A stretch of 64,000 bases of DNA from a virus (taxonomy: Duplodnaviria; Caudoviricetes). This document shows, piece after piece, positions 25,928-35,424 of the stretch; within the stretch, counting starts at the first letter, position 1, and every line of letters starts with the position of its first letter. The position numbers were made by a program, and so were the translations under genes. The stretch spans positions 1-64,000 of IMG/VR virus record IMGVR_UViG_3300037067_027602; one strand, written 5' to 3'. The notes under the pieces were generated by a model that saw only the letters and a program-made list of their open reading frames with translations, was not told the DNA's origin and searched no databases.

Positions 25928-27631
25928 CTATTTCGCCGAAAAAATATCGGAGAGGGATGTCCCGCCGGACGCTATCTCCAAAACCCCCGCCGGCCCTCCC
26001 CTCCTGGCCGACGAGTAGTCCCAATTCGGGCGCTGGTCGATCTTGCTCTTCCCGAACACCGCCCGGAGCTCGTCGGTCAACTTCCATTGGTTTTCCACAA
26101 GGCCGTCGATGTATCCGCGGGCCTGCTCGAAGGTGAACGTCGGGGACTTGTCGACCACCCCGAACTTCGACAGCAGGAACATCTGCTTGAACGTGCAGAG
26201 GTCGGCCTTGGACCGCCTGACGATCATGTCGATGGCGGACATGGCCTCCCCTTTGGTGTGGATCTGCGACGGGTCGAGCCCCGCCCGGAGGATGCAGTCG
26301 ATCTGCGGCTGGGTGGGCCTCGCCCTCTCCCATGGGAAGACCGGCTCGTAGAGGAACCAGTCCATGTCGTCCGCGAGGAACGCCGCCACGCCGGGATGGG
26401 CCGCCCTGCCCCTCCTGGCGAGGAACTCCTTCGCCCGGATGCGCCATTTGTCCATCCCGGAGGCGGCCATCCTCGACCTGGCGCAGGCGAGCATCGCCAG
26501 GAGGTCGTGGTCGACGTTGGGGTTCGACGCCAGCTCCTGGGTCATCTCCATGGCCATCGCGTCGTCGTCCGCCACCAGATGGGAGACCCCGTAGGTCTTT
26601 TTCTTGCCCACCACCCAGGAGAGCTCCATAAACACCACCTGTTCCTTGCCCGGCGAGTTCCTGGTGCCGCGGCCGTAGGCCTGCTTGACGAAGGTCTCGC
26701 TCTTCGAGGCCCGGAGGTTGAGGATATGGTCGGCGGCCGGGATGTCGACGCCCTCGACGAACACCTGGGCGTTGGTCAGGACGGACAGCTTGCCCGACTT
26801 GAAGTCGTCGACGGCCGCGATCCTCTCGTCCTTGGGCGTGTCGCCGCTCACCGCCGCCGCCTTGACCCCCGCGTCCCGGCACAGTTGGGACAAACGCTCT
26901 GAGCAGGCAACCCCGGGACAGAACACGATGGTCCTGGATCCGGCCGGGATTTCCTTGAGCACCCCGACGACGTCCTTCAAACTGGGGTCGACGGCCTCCG
27001 CCACCGCCTTCTCGTCGAAGTCGTCCCCTTTCGTCCTCACCTGGCTGATGTCCACTTTGATGGGGAGCCCCCTGACATGCACCGGGCAGAGGTAACCCTC
27101 CGTGACGGCCTTCTCCAGGGGGTAGTTGTAGGCGACGGTCTGGTAGAACGAGCTGAGCGTCTTCTTGTCGCCCCGGCTCGGAGTGGCGGTGACCCCCAAG
27201 ACTTTGGCGTTGGGGAAGCGGGACACGATCCTTCCGTAGCTCTCGGCCAGAGAACGGTGGGCCTCGTCCACCACCACCAGCGAGAAATGGTCGACCGGGT
27301 ATCTCTCCAGCCGTTTCTCCTTGCCCAGGGACTTGACGCTAGCCACGACGAACCAGGAGGATAGGTCCCCTTTGCGCTCGGCCTTCTCCACCGTGGGCTC
27401 GATCCCGGCCTCCTCCATGACGCGCCTCTCAGTCTGGCGCACGAGGTCGTCTGTGTGGACCAGGACGAGCACCTTGCCGCCGGCGTCCGCCACCATGCGC
27501 CCCAGCGTGTTGAACACCAGCGTCTTGCCGGTGCCGGTGGCCATCACGGCCAAAACCCGGGGGAACTCACGGAAGGCGTCCACCACGGCGTCCACGCATT
27601 CGCGCTGATAGTATCGAAGCTCGAAGCTCAT
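25928..27631 (-). CDS. Superfamily II DEAH helicase
   Basis: LRYYQ, ATGTGKT, DEAH, TATP, EGVDIP, QAYGRGTR. Confidence 0.93.
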   Translation of the reverse strand: MSFELRYYQRECVDAVVDAFREFPRVLAVMATGTGKTLVFNTLGRMVADAGGKVLVLVHTDDLVRQTERRVMEEAGIEPTVEKAERKGDLSSWFVVASVKSLGKEKRLERYPVDHFSLVVVDEAHRSLAESYGRIVSRFPNAKVLGVTATPSRGDKKTLSSFYQTVAYNYPLEKAVTEGYLCPVHVRGLPIKVDISQVRTKGDDFDEKAVAEAVDPSLKDVVGVLKEIPAGSRTIVFCPGVACSERLSQLCRDAGVKAAAVSGDTPKDERIAAVDDFKSGKLSVLTNAQVFVEGVDIPAADHILNLRASKSETFVKQAYGRGTRNSPGKEQVVFMELSWVVGKKKTYGVSHLVADDDAMAMEMTQELASNPNVDHDLLAMLACARSRMAASGMDKWRIRAKEFLARRGRAAHPGVAAFLADDMDWFLYEPVFPWERARPTQPQIDCILRAGLDPSQIHTKGEAMSAIDMIVRRSKADLCTFKQMFLLSKFGVVDKSPTFTFEQARGYIDGLVENQWKLTDELRAVFGKSKIDQRPNWDYSSARRGGPAGVLEIASGGTSLSDIFSAK

Positions 27632-27885
27632 CGTCCCGCCCCCCTGAAACCGTCCCTCTTCCCAGGCCTCCAGGGGGAGAAGAAATCCTCTTTGCCTTTC
27701 GGGCGGGGCGGGGCGGCGGCAGGAGGGCCGGGCGGTTCTGGGGGGATATGGTATATTTCCAGCTCCTGGAATGGATCCTCGTCGATAGCTCCAGTCCCAC
27801 ATTCCCTGCCGAAAGCGTCCCGGGCCACCGTGGATGACCAGCCGGCCATCGCCCCAACGAGCCCCAACATGACGCGCCCGATCAA
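27628..27885 (-). CDS. Small hypothetical protein
   Basis: TTG overlaps the dnaE stop; stop overlaps the helicase ATG. Confidence 0.5.
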   Translation of the reverse strand: MIGRVMLGLVGAMAGWSSTVARDAFGRECGTGAIDEDPFQELEIYHIPPEPPGPPAAAPPRPKGKEDFFSPWRPGKRDGFRGAGR

Positions 27886-30542
27886 TTCACCACCTCTTTG
27901 GAAAGCCGCCGGGCATCCTTGACGCTGTCCTTCGACTTGTACCGCTCGATGGTGAACAGGTAGACCGCCCCCTCGTCTATCGGCGGCAAGGCCTCGTACT
28001 GGTCGGGGAAACATGCTATCTCCATGTCGTGGCAACCGTCCGCCAGCGTCAGGAACAGCATCTTGCGGCCGAGGTTCTTCCCTTTTTTGGCGATGATATG
28101 CTCCGCTTTCCTGACGACGCAGGCCAGGACGCCATGATCCCCGTGGCCGATCTGCTCTCCGTCCACGAAATCCCGGACCGTGTGGTTCGTCCAGTCGCGG
28201 GTCTCCTCCCGGAACTGGTCGCAGGGCGACTCGCTGACGAACGCGCCGAGAAGCTCCTTCTCCAACCTCAGTTCGTCCTCCTTGTCCGTGGCGGGATACG
28301 CCTCCCTTGCGTTGGCCTCGGCCGCCACCATCTCCTCGACAGGCGTGAATTTTTTCACCTTCACCCCCGCCTCCACCTTTTTCCTCTGTTCACGGATCTT
28401 CTTGGCGACAACGGAAACTGCCTTGTAACGGGCGGAGAGAAGATCCCGCGACGCGCCCATGTGGTCGAACGCACCCGCCCTGATCATGGCCTCCACGGCG
28501 TTGGAATGCAGCTTGCTGGAGTCCATAAGGTGCGCCCACCCGGAGAACCCCGGCCCCTCCGCTTTGGAAACCGCCTCCGAAAGCCCCTTGGCGGCGTTGA
28601 CGGAGACGCCCTTGATGAAGGCCAGCCCGATTCTCACGCCCCCCTCTCCATCGGGGGCGCAGAACGGGTCGCAGTCAGCCTCCGCCAGGGGAGGGACGAC
28701 GTTGTGCCCGAGGATGCGGCACTCGTTGACATACTCCTCGATCTTCGGCTCGTTCGAGTCCAGCTCGCCATTGAGGAGCTCGCTCATGTACTGCACGGGA
28801 TAGTTGTGTTTCAACCACATCTGTTGTACCGCTATTTTACTATAGGCTGTAGAATGAGCCCTACAAAATCCGTAGGATGAAAAGAACTCTATATAGGCAA
28901 AAACCTCGTCTGTCCTCTTAGAATCCCTACCTAAAAGAACTGATTTATCCTGAAACATCTTCTTTACTTTTACCATCTCCTTCGGTTTCTTTTTGGCCAC
29001 CGCCCGGCGCAGCTTGTCCGCCTCCGCCAAAGTGAACCCGGCGTATACCTGCGCCATTTTCATGACATCCTCCTGAAAGATGGGAAAACCCATCCCTGAG
29101 GCCAAAACTTCCTTGAGGCTGTCATCGATGCAGGTGACCTCCTCGACCCCGGCCTTGCGGTCGATGTAGTGGTCTATGGTGCCAGCGTCTGCGGTGCCAG
29201 GCCGGATAATGGCCGCAAGGACGACAATGTCGTCGAACTTGGAGATGTTCATCTTCCTGCAAATGGCCTGGACATAGCGCCGTTCCAACTGGAATATCCC
29301 GGACGTCCTCCCTTGCGCGAACATGGACAACGTGGCTGGGTCCTCCATCTCGATCGACTCCACGTCGATGTCCGCCCCCGTCTCAACCCTGATGCGGTCG
29401 ACCGTCCTATGGATGACGGCGATGGTGTTCAAACCGAGGGCGTCGATCTTGAGGAACCCGGTCTCGTCGATGTCCTTCATGTCCCATTGGGTGAGGACGG
29501 CCTTCTCCTCGGCTTTGCCGATCTTCAGGAAATTGAGCGGCATGTAGTCTACGATGGCGGAGGGGGCGACGAGGATGCCCGCCGGATGCGCGCTGGCGCT
29601 CTTCGGTTTCCCCGACAGCTTCTTCGCCATCGAGAACCACTCCGGGCGCAGCTCCATCTCCTCTTTTAGGTCGGGGTTGATGGCGACGCATTTGTCGAAA
29701 TCGTCCACACCGTTCGGGAACATTTTGGACACCCTATCCGCCTCTGCAAGCGGTATCCCGAACGCCCTGGCGCAATCTCGCATGGCGGAGCGGGTTTTCA
29801 TAGTCCCGAAGGCGGCGATGCGGCAGACGCGCTCCGGGCCGTATTTGGAGATGAGGTACTCCAGCACCCGCTCGCGGGCGGCCGGCTCGAAGTCCAAGTC
29901 GATGTCTGGGGCTCCGCCCCCTTTGCCCAGCAGCTTCTTCCTGGCCACCAGGTCTATGGGGTCCTGGGAGAGGCCGAGCGCGGCGAGCACGGGGGAATTG
30001 AGCGTGTTTGTGTATTTCTTGCCGAAGGCCAGCCCCGTCTGGAGCCGCCCAAGGTAGAGCTTCTCGTCGGGGTCGGTGAAAAACCACTCCTGGTCGGCGG
30101 CCTCCCAGACCTCGGCCGGGACGCCGGGGCGGGGGGTGGACGGGAACTGGGCGGGAACGTCCTTGGAGCCTTTCCTGCGCTCAGCCATCCACTCGTCCTT
30201 CGGCAGCTCCGGCACGTCATGGGGGCAGGATAGGAAACGCCCGGGGTTGAGGAAACGCTCGAACAGAAGCCCGTACCTGATCGGGTCGATGGAGGTGATC
30301 CCCATGGCGTAGCACACCATGGAGCCCCCGCAGGAACCGCGGCCGGGGCCGACGTACGAGCCGGAGGCTTTCGCCTGGTCCACGAGGTCGGCGATGATGA
30401 GGAAGTAGTCGCAGAAACCCATCCTGCGGATGGCCTCGAGCTCGTAGTCGAGCCGTTCCTTGTAGGGGCCGCCCTCCGGCAAACCCATGGATTTATAGCC
30501 GCGGTTTACTTTCCAATAGAAGTATGAAGTTCTCTCGTCCAT
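27882..30542 (-). CDS. dnaE: DNA polymerase III alpha, catalytic part (palm, thumb, fingers, OB), lacking PHP
   Basis: RLDYEL, DYFLII, GPGRGS, FERFLNP, PDIDLDF, HPAG, KIDALGL, YGFCRAH. Confidence 0.95.
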   Translation of the reverse strand: MDERTSYFYWKVNRGYKSMGLPEGGPYKERLDYELEAIRRMGFCDYFLIIADLVDQAKASGSYVGPGRGSCGGSMVCYAMGITSIDPIRYGLLFERFLNPGRFLSCPHDVPELPKDEWMAERRKGSKDVPAQFPSTPRPGVPAEVWEAADQEWFFTDPDEKLYLGRLQTGLAFGKKYTNTLNSPVLAALGLSQDPIDLVARKKLLGKGGGAPDIDLDFEPAARERVLEYLISKYGPERVCRIAAFGTMKTRSAMRDCARAFGIPLAEADRVSKMFPNGVDDFDKCVAINPDLKEEMELRPEWFSMAKKLSGKPKSASAHPAGILVAPSAIVDYMPLNFLKIGKAEEKAVLTQWDMKDIDETGFLKIDALGLNTIAVIHRTVDRIRVETGADIDVESIEMEDPATLSMFAQGRTSGIFQLERRYVQAICRKMNISKFDDIVVLAAIIRPGTADAGTIDHYIDRKAGVEEVTCIDDSLKEVLASGMGFPIFQEDVMKMAQVYAGFTLAEADKLRRAVAKKKPKEMVKVKKMFQDKSVLLGRDSKRTDEVFAYIEFFSSYGFCRAHSTAYSKIAVQQMWLKHNYPVQYMSELLNGELDSNEPKIEEYVNECRILGHNVVPPLAEADCDPFCAPDGEGGVRIGLAFIKGVSVNAAKGLSEAVSKAEGPGFSGWAHLMDSSKLHSNAVEAMIRAGAFDHMGASRDLLSARYKAVSVVAKKIREQRKKVEAGVKVKKFTPVEEMVAAEANAREAYPATDKEDELRLEKELLGAFVSESPCDQFREETRDWTNHTVRDFVDGEQIGHGDHGVLACVVRKAEHIIAKKGKNLGRKMLFLTLADGCHDMEIACFPDQYEALPPIDEGAVYLFTIERYKSKDSVKDARRLSKEVVN

Positions 30543-30555
30543 TTCTCGTTCCCCG

Positions 30556-30696
30556 TTAATAGTTGAAGGCTGCCGGAGCAGCTCCTTTTTTGAACTCAAG
30601 GGCGATCCCCGCCCCCATCACGCCGACGCAATTGACCGTGTTCACGCGGATTTCGACGTCCGCCCCGAAAATATCCCCGTCCGCGAGCGTTATCAT
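30556..30696 (-). pseudogene. Truncated macrodomain (DarG/Poa1-like N-terminus), 46 aa
   Basis: MITLADGDIFGADVEIRVNTVNCVGVMGAGIALEFKK then early stop; below the ORF-track size cutoff. Confidence 0.8.
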
Positions 30697-31175
30697 GGAG
30701 CCGTCCTCCAGGATCCCTCAATCTCCAGCCTCTCGGAGGAATAGAATTTCTCCGCCTCCTCCTCGACCTTTCTGGCATCGGGCTCCGTCGACCATGGGGC
30801 CTCCCTGATGACCGGAAGCCCGTCCACCAGGAACGACAACGGAGCCTGGCGCAGCTGGAACATGTGCTCGAGCTCGTGCATCGCGGTGGGGGCGAGATCC
30901 AAAATCCTGCCGAACGGGTATTCCCCGGCGGCGTGCGGCGACGCCCCGGGGGCGAGATCGATGGTGTTGGGGCGCAAAGCGCTGAAGCTGCCCAGGACGC
31001 CATTGCGGACATCCATGGACGGGTTCCACCGGAAGATCACCTTGCCAAGGTCGATGAGATGGAGGAAGGCCCCGAACCGGGTGTCCTCCACCAGCCTGAG
31101 CAACCGGAGCATCTCGGCCCTCTCCTCCGGGGAGAACGGGATGGCCTTCTTCGAGCTGAAGATGGAGAACATCAC
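30693..31175 (-). CDS. Hypothetical protein with HExxH motif
   Basis: AMHELEHMFQ. Confidence 0.6.
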   Translation of the reverse strand: MMFSIFSSKKAIPFSPEERAEMLRLLRLVEDTRFGAFLHLIDLGKVIFRWNPSMDVRNGVLGSFSALRPNTIDLAPGASPHAAGEYPFGRILDLAPTAMHELEHMFQLRQAPLSFLVDGLPVIREAPWSTEPDARKVEEEAEKFYSSERLEIEGSWRTAP

Positions 31176-33469
31176 CCGGCCCTCCCCGTCTCCGCCAGGA
31201 ACTCCCTGTAGTCGGGGGCGCCTTTCGGGTCGAACTCGGGGTAGTGCGTCCCCTCGAAGCGCAGCTCGAAAGAGCAGCGGGAGGCGACCTCCAGCGTGTT
31301 GTCGCAGTGCTCCTCGGTGACCGGACCGACGACCATGTCCTTCCTGGGTTTGATATATAGCAGGTCGGAGCAGGACTCGAGGTTTCCCCCGGTGCCGATC
31401 TTCAGCAGCGTCTCCTGGACGGACGAATCCTCCCTCCTAGGATAATGGGCGTCCGCCGTGGCCACGGTCTTGACCCCCATGGCGTCGGCGAACTCCACTA
31501 TCGTACCCACCGACTCGTCGTACTCCTTGAACCCCACCTGCATGGCCTCGTTGTAGAGCCTGCCGCCGAAGATGCCCAGCAGGTCGGCCATGTTCCGCTC
31601 GGCCAGGGCGGGATCCCATCCCTCTTGCCGCAGGTGATAGGCCAGCGGCCCCCCGGCGCAGGCGGCCATGCAGATGACCCCTTTGTTGTCCGCCGCCAGG
31701 CTGGGGAGGTCGACGCGGGGCTTGTAGTAGAAGCGGTCCTTGGTCGCCGACGACATCAGCCGGCACAACGTCCTCCAGCCGTCGGCGTCCATGGCCAGGA
31801 GCGTGAGGTGGTACATGTTGCTCTGGCTATGGCCGTCCACCAGCTGGCCGTGGTCCCTCACGAAGTAGGACTCCACGCCGTGGATGGCCTTCATCCCCCA
31901 TTCGTCGCAGGCTTTCTGGAACTTGAAGTTGGCGAACATGTAGCCGTGGTCGGTGAGGGCGATGGCCGGCTGCCCGAGGCCATAGGCCGTGGCGGCCATG
32001 TCCTCCGGGGAGGACACGCCGTCCAGGAGGCTGTAGTGGCTGTGGCAATGGAGGTGGACGAAATCGTCGGCGGGACGGCGGTGCCCGGTCTTCTTGTGGG
32101 TCAACCGCTCGACCTCGTCCTTGAAAGCTTTGGCGGACTCCGGGGCCGACCATTCAAGGCCCTTCAACGCCTCTCCGCCGCAGACATGGATCCTTTTTCC
32201 AAGCGGAAGCCTGCCCAAGGAAAAGGAGACCAGATGTTTCAGTTCGTTCGGGGACCTGGGGGCGCATGATTGGTCATGGGTGTTCACCATGGCGCAATTG
32301 CGGGGCTGCAGCGGTATGACGACATGGGGTTTGGATCCAACCAGGAAGAACTCGTCCCAATTCTGCTCCATGATATGCGTGGTCGCCTCATCAGGCGTCT
32401 CCCATTTTTTTACGAGCCTGGCGGCCGCCTTCGCCAGGACGACGCTAGGCCACATCTCCCCCTCCGCCATGGGGATTCCTCGGGACACGTTCAACGCGAG
32501 CTCGCCGCCGGAGGCCATGGCTTTGGCCATGGCCCCTATCGACGGCGGGCCGGTTTCCGGTGACATCTCTTTCGGGGACGCTTTTCTGGCGGGGCAGCGA
32601 AGGAGGGAGGTTGCGGTCGGGACGACCGAGAGGTCCGTCCATTCCGAAAAAGCTATGGACCACGGCAATTTGGCTTTCCCTAGCACATAATGGGAGAAAT
32701 TGTCGGCGAACGCTTGGTATCCCTTGAAGAACCCCTCTTTGTCCTCTCCCGGCTCCGCCCTGGCCACCATCAGGCTGGCGATCTTCTGGGAGGACATCCA
32801 ATCCAAGTTAGGATCATTGCCGATGTTCACCGGGGCTACGCCGAACTTGCCCTTGGCCCTGCCCGGCTCATCCCCGCAAATCCATCCCACCAAAGGGGCG
32901 GGAGCTTTGATGGCCTCCCCGGGGACCATGTGCATGGCCTTGAAGCCGAAATCGCCGGCCGCCTCCTCGAACCCCCTCTCCCAGTCGCACATGGCGTCCT
33001 CCGGGGGCATGACGAAAATTGAGAGGCTTGGGATCTCGGGCGGCATGAACGCCACCCCGCGGAGGGCGTCGTCGCATTTCCCCTGGTCGCATAGAAGGCA
33101 GGCGGCGTAGGCCGGGGATGCGGGCATGGAGTCAACCTTGCCGGATACCTCCATGCGGGATTCCTGCCTCTCCTTGTCGAACCCCTTCTCCCGGGACTTC
33201 AACAAATCCCCCATCGAGACGAAAAACGCCCTTCTGGAATTCTTGGACATGTTGACGGCGACGTCCGTGGGCAGTAGGTCATCCCTTGTCAGGAACGCCC
33301 CGTCCTTCATGCTGGCGACGATATGGCTCTTCTCCTCCTTGAACGCCGTGGCGAAGAACCTGCGTCCGTTCGGCAATTTGAAACAACCGTCCTGCAACGT
33401 CAGCGACCCTGGCTTCAATCTACCGAAGTACAAAGACAACGCGGCCACGTGGCCATTTATCTGCGCCAT
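31172..33469 (-). CDS. Unknown ~460-aa domain fused to the DnaE N-terminal PHP domain
   Basis: FVHLHCHSHYSLLDG, ALTDHG, GVESY, HLTLLA, FYYKPR, TADAHY from about 32068 onward. Confidence 0.9.
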   Translation of the reverse strand: MAQINGHVAALSLYFGRLKPGSLTLQDGCFKLPNGRRFFATAFKEEKSHIVASMKDGAFLTRDDLLPTDVAVNMSKNSRRAFFVSMGDLLKSREKGFDKERQESRMEVSGKVDSMPASPAYAACLLCDQGKCDDALRGVAFMPPEIPSLSIFVMPPEDAMCDWERGFEEAAGDFGFKAMHMVPGEAIKAPAPLVGWICGDEPGRAKGKFGVAPVNIGNDPNLDWMSSQKIASLMVARAEPGEDKEGFFKGYQAFADNFSHYVLGKAKLPWSIAFSEWTDLSVVPTATSLLRCPARKASPKEMSPETGPPSIGAMAKAMASGGELALNVSRGIPMAEGEMWPSVVLAKAAARLVKKWETPDEATTHIMEQNWDEFFLVGSKPHVVIPLQPRNCAMVNTHDQSCAPRSPNELKHLVSFSLGRLPLGKRIHVCGGEALKGLEWSAPESAKAFKDEVERLTHKKTGHRRPADDFVHLHCHSHYSLLDGVSSPEDMAATAYGLGQPAIALTDHGYMFANFKFQKACDEWGMKAIHGVESYFVRDHGQLVDGHSQSNMYHLTLLAMDADGWRTLCRLMSSATKDRFYYKPRVDLPSLAADNKGVICMAACAGGPLAYHLRQEGWDPALAERNMADLLGIFGGRLYNEAMQVGFKEYDESVGTIVEFADAMGVKTVATADAHYPRREDSSVQETLLKIGTGGNLESCSDLLYIKPRKDMVVGPVTEEHCDNTLEVASRCSFELRFEGTHYPEFDPKGAPDYREFLAETGRAG

Positions 33470-33505
33470 GGCTGGCTCCCCTATAAAAGTTTCTGGTTAC
33501 CGGAA

Positions 33506-33557
33506 AATATAGCGCCGCCAAACGACGGCGCAAGTCATCAAAGAAAAATATTTTTTT
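33506..33557 (-). promoter_or_regulatory. Phage promoter
   Basis: A/T tract, TTGCGC-N16-TATATT, followed by aaccagaaac. Confidence 0.6.
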
Positions 33558-33561
33558 AGCG

Positions 33562-34320
33562 CTAGAAAAGCTGCGGGTCGTCCAGGTGAGCCTCGCACTC
33601 GGCGAACACGGACGCCTCGGTGCAATGATGATGCTGGACGGTGCGGCCATGGACGAGGTTCTGCCGGCTCTGCCTCATCCTCCGCCCCCGCACCCGGCGG
33701 TCGACGCAGAAACATTTGTCCGCCATGGCCCAATGGACCCCGTCCCACTGGAACATCGCCGGGGTGCCCGAGTCCACCGACACCGCATGGTTGCCGAGGC
33801 CGAACCTCGGGTTGGCGGCGCGGCGTACGATCATCGGCTTGTTGTACATGCCGTTGATCCCCTTGGTCCGGTTCGGGTCGCCGTGCCGCCGTTGCGTGAC
33901 GGCCTCCAGCCCCGGGTCGAGGTCGGCGTCCAGGCGGTGCCGGAAAGACTGCCACATGGCGGCCCTGACGACGCTGTGCCCCGGGGAGACGGACTCCAGC
34001 TCCGCCCTGGGGTCGGACATGGCTCCGTCCCTGCGCGGGAAAACGAGTTCGTCGACGTCGGCGGAGATAATCCAGTCGCAGTCCAAGGACAGGCACTTCT
34101 CGTTGATGGCTTTCGTCTTCAAGTCGTCGTCCATCATGTCGGGGAATTTGAACTCCATCACCTCGACGTTCGGAAACCTGGAGCATATCTCCTCCGTGCG
34201 GTCGGTAGTGTCGGAGTCCAACATCACGTTGATGCGGTCGACCCAGCGGTAATGCCCAAGAAAAAACGGTGAGAGGAACTCCTCGTCGAACGCCATACAA
34301 ACAATTTCAACTCTCATCAT
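33562..34320 (-). CDS. Glycosyltransferase family 2-like protein
   Basis: DEE.L..F.L.HY, DSDTTDRT, WIISADVDE, GNH. Confidence 0.85.
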   Translation of the reverse strand: MMRVEIVCMAFDEEFLSPFFLGHYRWVDRINVMLDSDTTDRTEEICSRFPNVEVMEFKFPDMMDDDLKTKAINEKCLSLDCDWIISADVDELVFPRRDGAMSDPRAELESVSPGHSVVRAAMWQSFRHRLDADLDPGLEAVTQRRHGDPNRTKGINGMYNKPMIVRRAANPRFGLGNHAVSVDSGTPAMFQWDGVHWAMADKCFCVDRRVRGRRMRQSRQNLVHGRTVQHHHCTEASVFAECEAHLDDPQLF

Positions 34321-34862
34321 GCCCTCCTCTTTATCCAGCTTGTGTCCCGAAAAACCTTGTCCGGCGTCCCCAGCATCCGCTCGATAGCCGCCTTCACCCC
34401 GGGGTAGGAGGCGTTGCCGTAGTCATGCCCGCCGATGAACCCTCCCGGGGCGACTTTCGGCATGTAGAGCCGCAGCTCCTCGAGCAGGTGTTCCTCGGTG
34501 TGCTGGCTGTCGATGTAGACCAGATTGAAAGCCCCGTCAGGAAGAGTTTCACTGGCGCGCCTAGAATCATCCTTGATCTTCCTCACCATGCCGGGGAATT
34601 TCGACATCCTGATGTCGAACTCCAACTCGACGCTTTCCATGGGGGCGGCCCGGGTGTGGACGTCGAACATGTCCAGCCTGTCCATCCAGGCGTCGACGGC
34701 CACGAGCAAGGAGACGTTGCCGGAGGAGAGGAAGATCTCGGCGCTCTCGCCTGCGTACGACCCCACCTCCAGCACCTTCGAGCCGGGGCGGAGCGACGCC
34801 GCCAGCTCCTTCAACCCTTGTTCCCAAAAGCTGCCGGGCGGGCGCATGACATGCGGGGTCAA
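34317..34862 (-). CDS. Class I SAM methyltransferase (Methyltransf_24-like)
   Basis: LEVGSYAGES, VDAW, VYIDSQH, GGFIGGHDY. Confidence 0.88.
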   Translation of the reverse strand: MTPHVMRPPGSFWEQGLKELAASLRPGSKVLEVGSYAGESAEIFLSSGNVSLLVAVDAWMDRLDMFDVHTRAAPMESVELEFDIRMSKFPGMVRKIKDDSRRASETLPDGAFNLVYIDSQHTEEHLLEELRLYMPKVAPGGFIGGHDYGNASYPGVKAAIERMLGTPDKVFRDTSWIKRRA

Positions 34863-35422
34863 GGCGTCACCCGTGACAGCGTGGTCAGGCCGTTGTTGTT
34901 CGTCCGCACGTCGCTCTTGGTCCACTCGGGATGGTTGCGGAGGAAGGCGTCGACGGCGCCGTTCAAGCCGGGCGACCGCCCGTCCTCGCCCCGTTCCCCG
35001 AAGGACACTGTGTCATGGAGCACAATCTTCTTGGCGACTTTAGCGGCGTGGCGCTCCAGCTCCGCCAGCAGCTGCCCGTAGGTGTGCAGCGTGTCGATGA
35101 AAAGCAGGTCTGTGGGCTCGATGACGGCCTCCAACGTGGACTCTTTGTGGAAAATCCACTTCTTCCCCTCGGCCTTCGCCGCCTCCGCCACCTGGGCGAA
35201 GCGCGGCTTGTTGTCGGCGATGTCGTAGCTCCTCACGTCGCCGCAGCCAAGCAGCAGCGGCACGGTGGAGACCGACGACCTCACCCCAAACTCGGTGGCG
35301 TTGCCGCATTCCCCCGCGAGCTCCCGCAACCGCAGGAGATGCTCGTAGATGTCGCCGTTGATGACGCCCTCCCTGTCCAGTGGCCTGGAACATATCCTGG
35401 TGTACTCCTCTTCCAGATTCAT
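34859..35422 (-). CDS. Class I SAM methyltransferase-like protein
   Basis: EFGVR..VST, DLLFIDTLHTY, IVLHDT, NNNGLT. Confidence 0.85.
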   Translation of the reverse strand: MNLEEEYTRICSRPLDREGVINGDIYEHLLRLRELAGECGNATEFGVRSSVSTVPLLLGCGDVRSYDIADNKPRFAQVAEAAKAEGKKWIFHKESTLEAVIEPTDLLFIDTLHTYGQLLAELERHAAKVAKKIVLHDTVSFGERGEDGRSPGLNGAVDAFLRNHPEWTKSDVRTNNNGLTTLSRVTP

Positions 35423-35424
35423 GA

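Noticed and set aside
30542-31200. Split intein joining the two DnaE halves
   Set aside because: No intein N-terminal block at the end of the PHP gene and no HN-C/S/T motif at the start of the second gene.
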